A stretch of DNA of 61,614 nucleotides, filler included, from Chiloscyllium plagiosum (Eukaryota): assembly GCF_004010195.1 (NCBI RefSeq). It is 4 parts of one record of this genome, joined end to end, with 100 filler letters (N's around TTAATTAATTAA, not from the genome) between each part and the next. Parts side by side here need not be neighbours in the genome. Positions count along the whole stretch, not along the records: positions 36,998 to 44,991 come from NC_057717.1; positions 45,092 to 61,614 come from NC_057717.1; 2 more parts are not named here. The stretch is one strand, 5' to 3'. Each line of letters opens with the position of its first letter. The stretch's first letter is position 1. The notes beneath the pieces are model-generated. The model did no database searches, was not told the origin of the DNA, and worked only from the letters and a program-made list of their open reading frames with translations. Positions 39,911-53,879 of the stretch are shown here, piece after piece. The position numbers and the translations under genes were made by a program.

Positions 39911-41914
39911 ATATTCATCACGGTATAATGTGATGAAGGTGAATGTGTGTACTGGACCTTTAAGAGAAGGTGAATGCTGTTCTGCATTGACAGCTTTCAA
40001 GCACCTGAGATATGAGAGGATGGCAGACCCAGAAACAGTATAGACCTACAGTCAGTAATAAGCAGGTAAGAGAAAGGGGGTCCCAGAGTTGTGAATAGTT
40101 GATGTAAAATGTTCACTTTCAGAGTGAAAAAAAAATGATGTTTTTATTTAAACAGTGGAATTTGGCAGATCTGTCACTCATATTTTAACAGTTTACGAGG
40201 TGAATTGAGCAATTCTTTATTTTTCATTTAAGTTACCAGATGAGCTTCATTTAAGTTACCAGATGAGCCGTGTCCTAATAATTCCTATGTGTGTGTATCT
40301 GTGTGTCTCTGTGTGGGGCAGGTCTGGCTGTCTCTGTGGTGCTTAAAGTGATGCAATGCCACCCTCTGCTGGCCTCCCCACGCCACTGCACAGGCATTGG
40401 CAGAGGGTGCAAACCAACAGGGATCCGTTCAAAGAGGAAGAGGGAGAGGGCAGCTGCTCACAGCACCATCCAAACTGATGTCTTATCCATGTACTGATCT
40501 AAATGTCCTTTAAACGTTGTAACTGTCCCTGCTTTCACCTCTTCCTTTGGAAGTTCATTCCACACACAAGCCAGATTCTGTCCAAAATAATTACCTCTCA
40601 TTACTTTTGTAAATTTTTTACTTCGCACCTTAAAATATCCCTCAGTTTTGAATCCCAAACTCTAGGGAAAAGACACCAGCCCTTCAGCTTCTCTGTACCC
40701 CTCATTACTTTATCAACCTGTGTAAAGTTACTCCTTAATCATATACGCTCCAGTGAAAAAGGTCCCAGCCTACCCAGCCTCTTTTATCGCTCAATCCCTC
40801 CTCTCCCAGCAACATCCAGGTTAATCACTTCTGAACCCTCTCCAGCTTAATAATATCAAAGTCAATAATATCAAAGTGAATAGTCAAGGTATTTTCTAAG
40901 GGTATGGGGAGTCCAAAACTAGAGGACATAGGCTTAAGGTGAGAGGTGAACATTTAAAAGTGACCTAAGGGGCAGCTTTTTCACCCAGAGGGTGGTGTGC
41001 CTATGGAATGACCGGGCAGTGTGACCAGACTGGACACAGTATTCCAGAAGGGGTCTCACCAATGTCCTGTACAGCCTCAACATAACGTTCCAATTCCTAT
41101 AATCAAAGGTCTGACCAATGAAGACAAGTGTGCTAAACAACTTCTTAACCACACTAACTGACTGAGATGCAAATTTTAAAGAATAATACCTGACAGTTAG
41201 GTCTCTGTCCGACAACCTTGCCAAAGTAAATGTAGAGGTACTTCTCTTGTTTGATTTAGCAAATCCAATGCCTCGCATTAATCCAAACTAATCTCCATCT
41301 GCCACCCCTCAACCCAGTGTGTGATATTACCACCTCCTCACCTTCCCCATTTAATTTTAAAATGCCCTTTCCTCTCCAGGAGGCCTGCACACTCCGGCCT
41401 TGATTTTCACAAAGACCCTGAGCTTGGTTTGCCTTGTGTGGTTAGGGGAAGGAGGGACAGATTGCAGATACAGTCATTGGGGAGGAGAGGCTGGACAGTA
41501 ATCAGCGGCCTGGTATCATTTCATGTTTTTAGGAAGAGGGCCATCGCACATTAGATGTGGATAAGAGTGATCAGTGTATTGGGACCAGAAATTATGCTCA
41601 TTCTCCGTTTTCGCTATTTAGTAATAAATATCCATTCGAGACCCTTCATTGGGCAGACTGTGTCTGTTGGATTTCTTTCCCTAATATTGCAGACTACAGA
41701 TAATAGCAATTAAAGACGTTTATAGTTAATTTTACTGGCGCAGCACGTACCCATAATATCCTACAGTTGAGGCAAAGTTTTTGCATTTGTTTAACAATAC
41801 AAAGTATTTTGTGTAGTTCAGTATTGGTTACCTGATCGTAATAAATCGAAACGGAGCTGAAACCTGACATTTGAAATATGACCCAAACTCTGGGTGTGGT
41901 AGTGTAGTAGGTAA

Positions 41915-43162
41915 CCCACTTGACCTTCAACAACAAACTTACAGACAAACCAATGGAACACCCATGGGATCTCCGATATCAGGGTTCTTAGTAGAGGTAG
42001 TAATGAAGAGACTTGAGCAAACAGCTCTGCCAACCATCCAACCCAAACTCTGGGACCGCTATGTGGATGACATCTTTGTCATCACTGAACGAAACAAGTT
42101 AGAAGAAACATGCAAGACCATCAATAAAACCCTTACTGGCATAACATTCACTAAAGAGGAGGAAAACAACAACAAACTGCCATTCCTAGATGTCACAGTA
42201 GAGCAAACAGCCAATGGGGAACTTCAAACCAGCGTCTACAGAAAAACAACACATACGGACCAAATATTGAACTACAGAATAAATCATCGCAACACCCACA
42301 AAAGAAGTTGCATCAGAACATTATTTCAACGAGTCAACACACACTGCAGCACAAAGGTACTACACAGAGCAGAGGAAAATCACCTATACAGTGTATTAAA
42401 AAAGAATGGGTACTCAATGAACACAGTCCTCCATTTTCTCAGCAACAAACCCAAACAAGCAGACTAAACACGTTCAGAAATCCTAGCCACTCTCCCCTAC
42501 ATCAAAGACATCTCAGAAATGACTGCCAGACTACTCAGACCCCTTGGCATCATTGTAGCCCACAAACCCACGAACACACTGAAACAGCAGCTAATGAACT
42601 TGAACGACCCTATACAGACAATGAGCAAAACTAATGTCATTTACAAATTACCGTGCAAGTACTGTAACAATCAATACATTGGACAAACAGGCAGAAAGCT
42701 AGGATAGATGAGCACCAAATAGCCACAAAAGGACATGACCGTTTCTCACTAGTATCCTCACATAAAGATTAAGAAGGAAACCATTCTTCGACTGGGAAAA
42801 TACATTCATCCAAGGACAATCCAAACTAAGACATGTATGAGAATTCCTAGAACCATGGCATTTCAACCAGAACTCTATTAACATACACATCGAGTTAGAC
42901 CCCATCTACCACTTGCTGAGAAAAGGAACATTAAGTGACTTCACCACAGGAAATAATATCATCAAAGGAAATGACATCGCCAACTCAAAGAAACCCAGAT
43001 ATATAAATAGAAAGCAGAAAGTTTCAGCATTGCTATGCATAAAGTCCACTGAAGATGTTACCTAGTAAATTAATGAAACGTCTGGAAATGAACCTTTTAG
43101 CTCAGCGAGCAAACCTACATCCAAATCCTCAACCTGAGCTACAAATCTTTTCAAAACTGACT
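41915..43162 (+). mobile_element. Penelope-like element, 5'-deleted (RT YVDD, GIY-YIG, pLTR)
   Basis: YRQTNGTPMGSPISG...RYVDDIF...LPFLDV and NVIYKLPCKYCNNQYIGQTGR. Hammerhead-like motif at 43046-43085. Confidence 0.92.
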
Positions 43163-44374
43163 ATGTTCATAGTTAATTTTGATGGCACAGCACGTGCACT
43201 CAACATGCTACAGTTGAGACAAATATCTTGCACTTGTTTAACAATGCAAAGTGTTTTGTGTAGTTCAGTAATGGTAAACTGATTATAACAAATCCACACC
43301 GAGCTGAAAGCTGGCACTTTAAATATGACCCAAAATCTGGGTATGGTAGTGTAGTGGGTAGTGTACCTGCCTCTGAACCAGAGCTAAGGATTTGATTCCA
43401 ATTCCTGAACTTGTATAGTAGCGTTCCGAGCTCTGGAGTAGAACGTCTGGATGCAAGTCCTGCCTGTTGCAGAGGTATGTCACAGCATGTCAGAACAGGC
43501 TGATGAGCAAACATACCTCCGGGGACAAAGGTCTCGGTGTAAATCCCACAGAAGTGTCTCATGATACCTCAGAACAATCTGATTAAAATGGATTTAAAAT
43601 TGTGACTTGATGGAGAAGGAAGAGGTGTCACTATTGAATTTCAGAATTTAGGCCCGTAATGACTGAAAACACAGCTAATCGTGTTGATTGGAGTCACATT
43701 TCGCAGCAGTAGAGGTTTTCAAATCACAATGGTCATGGATAGGGTGAGTAGTCAGGATTTTCCCCCAGGTTAGTGGCGTCCAAAACTAGAGGACATTGGT
43801 TTTAAGTGAGAGGGGAAAGGTTTTGGTGAGGTCTTAGGGCCACCTTTACACACAGAGGGTGGTGTGCACATGGAATGAGCTGCCAGAGGAAATGGTGGAG
43901 GCTGGTACAACTACAACATGTAAACGGCATTTGGATGCTGACAGACCTGCCGAGCTTTTCCAGCAATTTCTGTATCTGTTTAAAATCCTGGATTAATTTT
44001 AACCCAGGTATTCTGAATACATTAAACATTTTGTTTTCTTAATGACGAAGGGACATATAAACATATCTTCAAATCGACCGAGACCATTTTCTGCTAAGTT
44101 GTATGTCTCTCTGTATGACAGCAGCAAAGATGTACCTAAATGGAGCAGGGAATGTGATGGAGACATAGTTTGGATAATGTACAAGAAAATCTGACATGAT
44201 CCAGTTTGGGAGAGGATGACATTAATGTGTGATTCAACTCAGAGTGGGAGAAAATGTAATCTGCCTGAGAAGAAAATGCCTATTGCACTTTCTCTCCTTC
44301 ATTGCTCCTCATCACAGCAATGTGCGCAACCTAAAAAAAAAACCTCTACAGTTATCGTTACCATTCTTGTTTTT

Positions 44375-44694
44375 ATAGAATTCCTGCAGTGTGCAATAGG
44401 CCCTTCGGCACAACATGCACATACCAACCGTCCAAAGAGTAACCTTCCCAGACCCAGACCCGTTCCCCTACTAATGTAACTAACCTAAGAATCCCTGAAT
44501 ACCGTTGGCAATTTACCGTGACCACTCCACCTAACCTGGACAGACTTGGACTGTGGGAGGAAACCGGAGCACCCATTGAAGCTCACGCAGACAGGGGAGA
44601 ATGTGCAAACTCCACACAGCTTATCGCCCAAGGCTGGAATCGAATGCAAGTCCCTGGTGCTGTGAAACAGCAGTGCTAGCCACTGAGCCACTGT
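44375..44694 (-). mobile_element. Older HE1/V-SINE, copy B paralog
   Basis: Same position and sequence family as 29150-29462. Confidence 0.8.
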
Positions 44695-45091
44695 ATTACC
44701 TTTTGGGCGATCCCTGGCGAGAATTCATTGAAATCTCCTCACTGTCTAATGCAAAGGGAATTCAACCAAATCCAGCAGTTCCAGGATGAAATCCCATTGT
44801 TCGCAGCTTGTGTGAGTAGAATGTCTTCAGAAGCAGAATAACATTTTGGGCAATTCTCAGTTTTTACTTTTGTCATGAATTACACTAATGCCTGAGCAAA
44901 GTTCTTTCAACGTGAAAGTGCAGAGATTTTGTTTATCGGGTGCGTGGGTGTGTGTGTGTCTGTGTGCGCATGTTTTTCTGTGTGTGTGCGCNNNNNNNNN
45001 NNNNNNNNNNNNNNNNNNNNNNNNNNNNNNNNNNNTTAATTAATTAANNNNNNNNNNNNNNNNNNNNNNNNNNNNNNNNNNNNNNNNNNNN

Positions 45092-46740
45092 TTTGCCCCT
45101 GATGCCCATTGATTCCAGTTTTGTTTATGCCCCTTGATACCACAGTTGGTCGAAGGCAGCCTTGTTTTAAAGGGCTGTCACTCTTACCCTACCTCTGTTT
45201 TCAGCTCCTTTATCCATGTTTGAACCAAGGTAATGAGGTCAGGAGCTGAGTGGCCCTGGTGGAGCCCAAACTGAGCATCATTGACCAGGGTATTGCTGAG
45301 CAGATGCTACTTGAAAGCACTGATACCTACCATCACTTTACTGACGATCGAGAGTACACTGATGGGGTGGTAATTGGCTGGATTACATGTGTTCTGATTT
45401 TTATGTATAGGAAATACTTGATAATTTTCCATGTAATCCGGTAAATGTTGGTTGTTGTAACTGTATTGGAACAGCTTGGCTCGGGCAGTGACAAGTTTTG
45501 GTGCACAAGTTTTCAGTACTATTGCCAGAATGTTGTCAGCATGTGTCCCCTTTGGAGTATCCAGTGTCTCCAACTGTTTCTGGATATCACGTGGACTTAA
45601 TCGAATTGGTTGATAACTGGTAATTGAATCGCTGCGGACCACTGGAGGGGACTGAGATGAATCATCCACTCAGCACTTCTGACTGGAGATTGTTGCGAAT
45701 GCATCAGCCTTATCTTGTACACTGAAGTGCTGGGCTCTTTCATCATTAAGGATGGAATTATTGGTGGAATCTCTTCCTCCAGTGAATTGTTTAATTGTCC
45801 CCAATGTTTCTCGACGAGATGTGGAAGGTCTGCAGAGCTTCGATCCGATCCTTTACTTGTGGGATCACTTAGTCTGTCTATCACTTACTGCTTATGCTGT
45901 TTGGCACACACGGTGTCCTGTTTGGTGGCTTCACCAGGCTGGCACCTCATTTTCAGGTATACCTGGTGCTGCTCCTGCCATCCTGCACACTCCATTGAAC
46001 CAAGGTTGATCCTCTGGCTTGATGGCAATTGTTGGGAGGGGGACATACCAGGCCATGAGGTCGTGTCAGAGTACAATTCTGCTGTTATTGATGACCCACA
46101 ACACCTTATGGACACCCAGACTTCAGCTGCTAGATCTGTTCGACGTCTGTCCTATTTAGCACCGTGATAGCGCCACCCAAACTGGTGGAGGTTATTCTCA
46201 ATGTGCAGGTGTGACTTTGTTTCCACAATGACTATGCAGTGGTCACTCTTACCGATATTACCATGGGCAGTTACTTCTGCAACTGGCAGATTATTAAGGA
46301 TGAGGTCAAGTATGGTTTTTCCCTCTTGTTGGTTCCTTCACCATCTGTTGCAGACCCAGTCTAGCAGTCCTTTAGAACCCGACCAGCTCGATCAGTAATC
46401 TTGCGGCTGAGCTACTCTTGGAGTTGGACATTGAAATCCTTCACCCAGAGTACATCTTGCGACCTTGCTACCCTCATTGATTCCTCTAAGTGTTGTTCAG
46501 CCTGAAGGAGTACTGATCCATCAGTTGAGAGACTGGTACATGGTAATCATCAGGAGGTTTCATTTCCAATGTGCAAACTAACGCCATGAGACTTAATGGG
46601 ATTCTGAGTCACTGTTGAGGACTCCCAGAGCAATTCCCTTCCAACTATATCCCACTGCGCCACCACATCTGCTGTGTCCGTCCTGCTGATGAGACAGGAG
46701 GTATCCGGGGAAGGTGATGGGGTGTCTGGGACATAGTCAT
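45092..46740 (-). mobile_element. Old non-LTR retrotransposon ORF2 fragment (CR1/L2/Crack-like group)
   Basis: LETLDTPK...DNILAIVLKTCAPKL...LFQYSYN...PIHKNQN..NPANYHPISVLSIVSKVM is the pre-RT domain 0 motif. Confidence 0.78.
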
Positions 46741-47399
46741 CCTCACAGAATCATATCTTACAGACAAGGTCAGTCTGTTGCACGGGTCTGTTTATTTCTA
46801 GTCACTGTTTCCTACCAGCTGTCCCATTCCAGAAACAGGGCCACATATTCTCCCCAATACACTAAGATTTGATTTTGCAAACTGGGCTTGGAGCTTTACC
46901 AATTTTTTTCTAAAAATCCAAATGTTTTACATCCATTGCTTCTCTTTCATTTGTCTCTCAGTCTGTTTCTCAAACATAAATCCCATTTCATATATCTATT
47001 TTAGTATTATCTATGAACATTATGTCCATTCCCAATAATTTCTCCTCAACCATTTACTTACTATGTTCTATGTTCCAAGCACTCTATCATTTTCCCACAC
47101 CAGACTTGATTTTCCTAGTATTGTTAGAAAGTTCTGTGACGACAGAACTGAAGTAGTGGCTTCATAGTTCTGCCATTTCCTTGTTCCCCATTCTCTATTC
47201 TCTGGTCTCGAACTGCAAGGAAGTTTCGTGTGTTTTCTCATATTTCTCATATTGACATAATTTGACAAGCTATTACAGTTCACTCTTATAACCCTTGTGA
47301 AAATACTCTTCAGAAACCCATCAATTCGTGCTTTAAGCTGCTCAATGATTGACCATCCACACTATGCACTCACAGGAGCATAGACTCTGTGCCAACAGA

Positions 47400-48520
47400 A
47401 ATACAGCACGATCTATATTAGTCCCACTCTCCTGCACCAGGCCCATATGACACTTCCAATTGCTCATCCAAGTACTTTTTAATGGTTGTGAGCTTACGCG
47501 TGATAATTACCTTCTCAGGAAGTACATCCCAGACCCCAACACCCTCTGGGTGAAAAAAAAACTATCATCAAATACTCTCTAAACCTCAAAGCCTACACTT
47601 TAAAAGTGTGTTCCCTTGTTCTTGACCCTCTGACTAAAATGAACAGCTGCTGTCTATCTTCCCTCTCCATGCTCCTCTTAATCTTTCCCTTCTGAACCAC
47701 ATCCTCCTCAGCCTTCTCTGCTCCAAAGGAAACAACCCGAGCTTATCCAGCCTCTCTCCACAGCTGATATGCTCCACCCCAGGGAACATCCTAGTGAATC
47801 TCCTTTGCACCCTCTCCAGTACAATCACGTCCTTCCTGTAATGTGGCTCCCAAAATTACGGAGTGTACTCCCATATTGGCTTAACCAAAGCCCCGTACAG
47901 CTCTTATAATCTACGCCCCAATTAATAAATGCTACACTCAATGTCCACTTCTTAACTAATCTATTACCCTATTCAGTCATATTCACGGATGCGTGGAGAA
48001 GCAAGCTCTGAGCTTCCTAGTGTGCTGCCATTCATTCAGTACTCCCCTGTCTGCTTCCTTCTTCCGAAGTGCATCACCACATACTTATCAGGGTTACATT
48101 CCATCTGCCATTGATCTGCTCACCTGACCAAACTATCTGTATCTATCTGTAACATAAGACCTTCTTCCTCAATGTCCACCAACTAGTAAAACACAAACTT
48201 ACTTATCACAACCCCCAGCCCCTCTACCCACCCTCCTCCATTCACATCTGCACCATTTATGAATACCACAACTAATAAGGGACGCAGCACTGATGTCTGT
48301 GGTACACCCAGCGGACACTGGTCTCCAGTTACACAGACAGCCTTCTCCCACAATCCTCCATCTCCTGCCATTTTCGTTGCAACTTGTCAAGTTATCCTTG
48401 ATTCCATGAGATTTTACTTTATTCTTCACTCTCCCATGTGGAGCTCTTTCAATGTCCTTGCTGCAAATCTAAATAAGCGACCTCCTCAAACCTAATTCAA
48501 ATTCGTTAGTTGTGACGATC
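47400..48520 (-). mobile_element. Old CR1 fragment
   Basis: LERVQRRFTRMFPG...ERLDKLGLFPLEQRRLR and GVPQTSVLRPLL. Confidence 0.8.
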
Positions 48521-48535
48521 CTCTGATAAAGTTAT

Positions 48536-48700
48536 AGGAGAATCGACATTTCGGGCATAAGCCCTTCTTCAGGAATGGAAGAAGGGCTTATGCCCGAAAC
48601 GTCGATTCTCCTGTTCCGTGGATGCTGCCTGACCTGCTGCGCTTTTCCAGCAACACATTTCCAGCTCTGATCTCCAGCATCTGCAGACCTCACTTTCTCC
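48536..48700 (+). mobile_element. Penelope-derived mini-element with an inverted hammerhead pair
   Basis: TSD tctgataaagttat (48522-48535, 48701-48714). Internal palindrome ggagaatcgacatttcgggcataagcccttcttc-aggaatg-gaagaagggcttatgcccgaaacgtcgattctcc. Confidence 0.85.
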
Positions 48701-48790
48701 TCTGATAAAGTTATGATGATTATCCCTGACCAAGCCTTGCCACTCTGATTGGAGTTCAATTTTCTCCTTCCCTATTTTCTCCAGTAGTTT

Positions 48791-50690
48791 CATAGAACAT
48801 AGAACATAGAAGAATACAGCGCAGTACAGGCCCTTTGGCCCTCGATGTTGCGCCGAACCAAGCCCGCCTAACCTACACTAGCCCACTATCCTCCATATGC
48901 CTATCCAATGCCCGCTTAAATGCCCATAAAGAGGGAGAGTCCACCACTGCTACTGGCAGGGCATTCCATGAACTCACGACTCGCTGAGTAAAGAACCTAC
49001 TCCTAACATCTGTCCTATCCCGACCACACCTTAATTTAAAGCTATGCCCCCTCGTAATAGCTGACTCCATTCGTGGAAAACGGTTCTCACTGTCAACCCT
49101 ATCTCAACCCCTAATCATCTTGTACACCTCTATCAAGCCACCCCTAAACCTTCTGTCCTATACCTACCACACCTTAATTTAAAGTTATGCCCCCTCGTAA
49201 TAGCTGACTCCATACGTGGAAAACGGTTCTCACTGTCAACCCTATCTAAACCCCTAATCATCTTGTACACCTCTATCAAGTCACCCCTAAACCTTCTTTT
49301 CCCCAATGAAAACAACCCCAAGTGCCTCAGCCTTTCCTCATACGATCTTCCTACCATACCAGGTAACATCCTGGTAAACATCCTCTGCACCCGTTCCAGT
49401 GCCTCCACATCCTTCCTATAGTATGGCGACCAAAACTGCACACAATACTCCAGATGCGGCCGCACCAGAGTCTTATACAACTGCAACATGACGTCAAGAC
49501 TCCGGAACTCAATTCCTCTACCAATAAAAGCCAGTACGTCATATGCCGTCTTCACTGCACTATTTACCTGGGTGGCAACTTTCAAAGATCTGTGTACATG
49601 GACACCAAGATCCCTCTGCTCATCCACGCTACCAAGTATCCGACCATTAGCCCAGTACCCCATCTTTTTGTTACTCTTACCAAAGTGAATCACCTCACAC
49701 ATAACTACATTGAACTCATATTTGCCACCTTTCTGCCCAGCTCTGCGATTATCTATATCCCGCTGTAACCTGCCACATCCTTCCTCACTGTCAATAACTC
49801 CACCGACTTTCGTATCATCCGCAAACTTGCTCACCCAACCTTCTAGCCCCTCCTCCAGCCCTTGATCACATTATTCCTATCCAGATGTTCATAAATCCTA
49901 TCCCTTACAATTCTTTCTAAGACTGCCCACAACAGAAGTGAGACTCACTGGCCGATAGTTACTTGGGTTATCGCTACTTCCCTTCTTGAACAAGGGAACC
50001 ACATTTGCTAGCCTCCAGTCTTCTGGCACTACTCCTGTAGACAACGAGGACATAAAAATCAAGGCCAATGGCTCTGCAATCTCCTCCCTTGCTTCCCAGA
50101 GAATCCGGGGATAAATGCCATTAGGCCCACGGGACTTATCTATTTTCACCCTTTCCAGAATTTCCAACACCTCTTCTCTACATACCTCAAAGCCATCCAT
50201 TCTACTTAATTGTGACTCAGTATTCACGTCAGCAACAATGTTCTGTTCCTGAGTGAATACTGACGAAAAGTATTCATTCAGTGTCTCCCCAATCTCTTCA
50301 GCCTCCACACGCAACTTCCCACTACTATCCTTGACTGGACCTATTCCTACCCTAGTCATTCTTTTATTACTGACATACCTCTAGAAAGCCTTAGGGTTTT
50401 CCCTAATCCTACCAACTAAGGACCTTTCATGCCCCCTCCTTGTTGCTCTTAGCTCTCTCTTCAGGTCCTTCCTGGCTACCTTGTAACTCTCAATCGCCCC
50501 AATTGAACCTTCATGCCTCATCTTTACATAGGCCGCCATCTTCCATTTAACAAGGGATTCCAATGCCTTATTAAACCACGGCTCCCTCACACGACTCTTT
50601 CCTCCCTGCCTGAAGGTACATACTTATCAAGGACCCTCAATAGTTGCTCCTTGATCATGCTCCACATATCAATTACGCTCTTGCCTTGAA
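48791..50690 (-). mobile_element. Young CR1 LINE (same family as 10558-11433) with an internal deletion and a local duplication
   Basis: (catagaa)n tail at 48791. SKFADDTKVGG RT motif, PEDWRLANVVPLFKKG..NYRPVSLTSVVG. A ~145-bp duplicated segment near 49010-49300. Confidence 0.93.
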
Positions 50691-52429
50691 GTCTACTTTT
50701 CCAAAAAGGTTCCCTAACAGTGATCTAATACTCGCTTGTCTATAGTTCCCTGGTCTATCTCTCCCATGCTGAGTGTAAAGTGGAATCGCAGTAGCTGTTT
50801 TCCAGTCCTCTGGCACCTTCCCTATGGTCAGATTCTCATTAAAATCTTCAGTCAAGGTCTTTCCTCCCTTGTCTCCCACAACAGCGTGTGATACTACTCA
50901 GTCAGACCTGGCAATCAGTCCAATTTTCTACCAGTGAAAGCCTCAAATTCCTGCTCGCTTTTTACATCAATCTGCTCAAGAGTTTCCCCATCCATCTTCA
51001 CGAATTCTGTACCTGCCTCCTCCTTCTGCCAAGTAAAACAGATGTGAAGCTCTCATGTCACAATCTCTCAATGTTTTCCAGCTTCACACACAGATTGGCC
51101 CCTTGATTTCTGAAGGACACTAACTGTTCAATGATTATTCTGTTCTGCTTGTCCGTGTAGAACATCATGGAATTTTCCCTAATCGCGCCCTCGTGCACTT
51201 CTCCATGTCCCTTTGTTATTCAGACCCCTCCATGTTTCTAAGTTTCTAAGATTCACTACGATCACCTCTCATTATTTGAAATTCGAGATCACAGGCTGAG
51301 TTTCCCAATCAGACATGGTGCCATTTTAGGGATTAATCTGGAGAATGCCTTTTGCAGTTCCTCTGTACTCAGTATATTCTTTCTTGGATGGAGACTCCAC
51401 AGCAGTATACAATACTCTCAGTTTTGTCTCAGCAACACGCTATGCAACGGGTGCACGACATCTTCTATATTCCAGTTACATTCACATGAATGTATATCTA
51501 ATTTTTACTTTCCCATTTGAAAATGTTCTTTCCAATACCTTTTGTTTTAACTTTTCTTATGATATTAGTGTAAGGGTTGTTTAAAAAAGTCCTCCTGAAT
51601 ATCCAACTATACGTTATCCATTTTTTCCTCATTGCTGATGTCTACAAGAATCATCTTCAAACTGTTCCAAATAAACGCTTGCCACTTCTGGTTTTCCTTT
51701 CATCGATGTGTTATCATACTCCCCAGTTTTGCCATTACCTTCTCTATATCTAGTAGCATTTTCTTTGTTATTGAGTCCAACAGACACCTGACTGCGGTGA
51801 CATTTTACTGGTCTGTAGTTCATCACTCTGCATCTTCATCCATTCTTAAACTGGCGGATAATACTTATAACTGCCCCTTATCCCGATTGGCTACCTGCCT
51901 TTCGGGAATGTTTCGGAAAATAACGTGATAATCCGTAATGTAATCAATATGACTATTGCTGCTTCCACTGAATTTTTTGTGTGAAGTAAATCTGGTCTGT
52001 CGGATTTATCAACACTCAATCCAGCTGTCTTTTCAAATACTACCTCATCACTGATATGAATGATCTTAGACTTTACTTATACAAGTCCCATGATCACTTA
52101 GTATTTCTGGGAGAATTTTTGGATATTCTTCCATGAAGACAGACACAAAGAACTGTTTATTTTCCTTGTAATGTCTCTGTTCTCTACAATAAATTATCCT
52201 GTCCACACACTCACTGTTCCACATTTGATCTTGTTTTCATTTTTGTTTCATACATTGATAGAAGCTTCGTGGCAGTTTTTATGTTGTTTTGTTTTTGTTT
52301 GCATGCTTTTTCTCTTTTTCATTTTTTTCTCAGTTTCTTGGTCCTCCTTTGCTGGGTGCTACATTTCTCTGAATCCACTGGCTTACTACAACACTTGGCA
52401 TTTTTCGAAGCTGCTTCCTTTGATCTAAT

Positions 52430-52750
52430 AGATAGATGAGGGGGGTTGCAAGTGATAGGTCAGAGAGGAGGGTGGAGTGGATAGGTGGGAAGCAAGATGG
52501 ACATATAGGAGTATTCAAGAGGGCAGTGCCGAGTTGGAAGTTTGGACTGGGATAAGGTGGGAGGAGAGTAAATGGGGAAACTGGCGAAATCAACATTGTT
52601 CCCCATGGTTGGAGGGTCCCATGGCGGACGATGAGGCGTACTTCCTCCATGCGTTGGGTGGTTAGGGCTTGGCGATTGAGGAAGCCCAAGACCTGCATGT
52701 CCTTTGTGGAGTGGTAGGGGGAGTTAAAGTTTTCAGCCACAAGGTGGTGA
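52430..52750 (-). mobile_element. Penelope-like GIY-YIG C-terminal fragment
   Basis: VAENFNSPYHSTKDMQVLG...RMEEVRLIVRHGTLQPWG. Confidence 0.72.
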
Positions 52751-53664
52751 AGCACCTTCATGGCTCGCATGACTCAGATTCATAACGGTTACTTCAAATA
52801 AAACAAAAACTGTTAAGTCCTCAAACATCAGATAACCAGTAGAGGCAGCACCATGGTTCATTGTCGAGCACATATCCTGTTTTAAAACAAGCCCAGCATT
52901 TGTATTGCAGCTTTCACTTTGATAGATAACTCCATCAATGTTTGCTTCTCATTGCTGTTTCTGAGCTCCACCTTATATGATTCAGTTTGCCTCCGCGCAT
53001 CCCTGCCTGCNNNNNNNNNNNNNNNNNNNNNNNNNNNNNNNNNNNNNNNNNNNNNNNNNNNNNNNNNNNNNNNNNNNNNNNNNNNNNNNNNNNNNNNNNN
53101 NNNNNNNNNNNNNNNNNNNNNNNNNNNNNNNNNNNNNNNNNNNNNNNNNNNNNNNNNNNNNNNNNNNNNNNNNNNNNNNNNNNNNNNNNNNNNNNNNNNN
53201 NNNNNNNNNNNNNNNNNNNNNNNNNNNNNNNNNNNNNNNNNNNNNNNNNNNNNNNNNNNNNNNNNNNNNNNNNNNNNNNNNNNNNNNNNNNNNNNNNNNN
53301 NNNNNNNNNNNNNNNNNNNNNNNNNNNNNNNNNNNNNNNNNNNNNNNNNNNNNNNNNNNNNNNNNNNNNNNNNNNNNNNNNNNNNNNNNNNNNNNNNNNN
53401 NNNNNNNNNNNNNNNNNNNNNNNNNNNNNNNNNNNNNNNNNNNNNNNNNNNNNNNNNNNNNNNNNNNNNNNNNNNNNNNNNNNNNNNNNNNNNNNNNNNN
53501 NNNNNNNNNNCAGAGGAGAGATCTGTCCACCGTGGAACACTGTGCAGACCAGGCCAGAGCACTGCTCAGTCCAACTCAGGAATCTGTCCAGATTGAAACA
53601 CTGCACAGAGCATGTCAGGGCACTTATCTTCAAACGCAGACGAGACATCTGTGTGCTAAGGGAA

Positions 53665-53858
53665 GCTGGAATACATACTGGAAGCCAAAGTAGACATGCA
53701 GGAAGCTGGGAAAACACAGGAAGCCAGGCAGCATCAGGAGGTAGAGAAGTCTATGTTTCGGGTGTAACCCTTCTGAAAAAATCCTGAAGGACGGTTACAC
53801 CGGAAACATCAAATTCTACACGTCCTGATGCTGCCTGGATTGCTGTGTTCCTCCAGCA
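53665..53858. mobile_element. Paralog of the inverted-arm Penelope mini-element at 22346
   Basis: gcagcatcaggag...gtttcgggtgtaaccctt / cctgaaggacggttacaccggaaac...cctgatgctgcc. Confidence 0.7.
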
Positions 53859-53879
53859 AGTATTCAGCATGGGAAGCAA

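Larger units (their letters stand above)
37360..44990 (+). repeat. Segmental duplication block, copy B
   Basis: Collinear with copies A and C. Confidence 0.92.
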
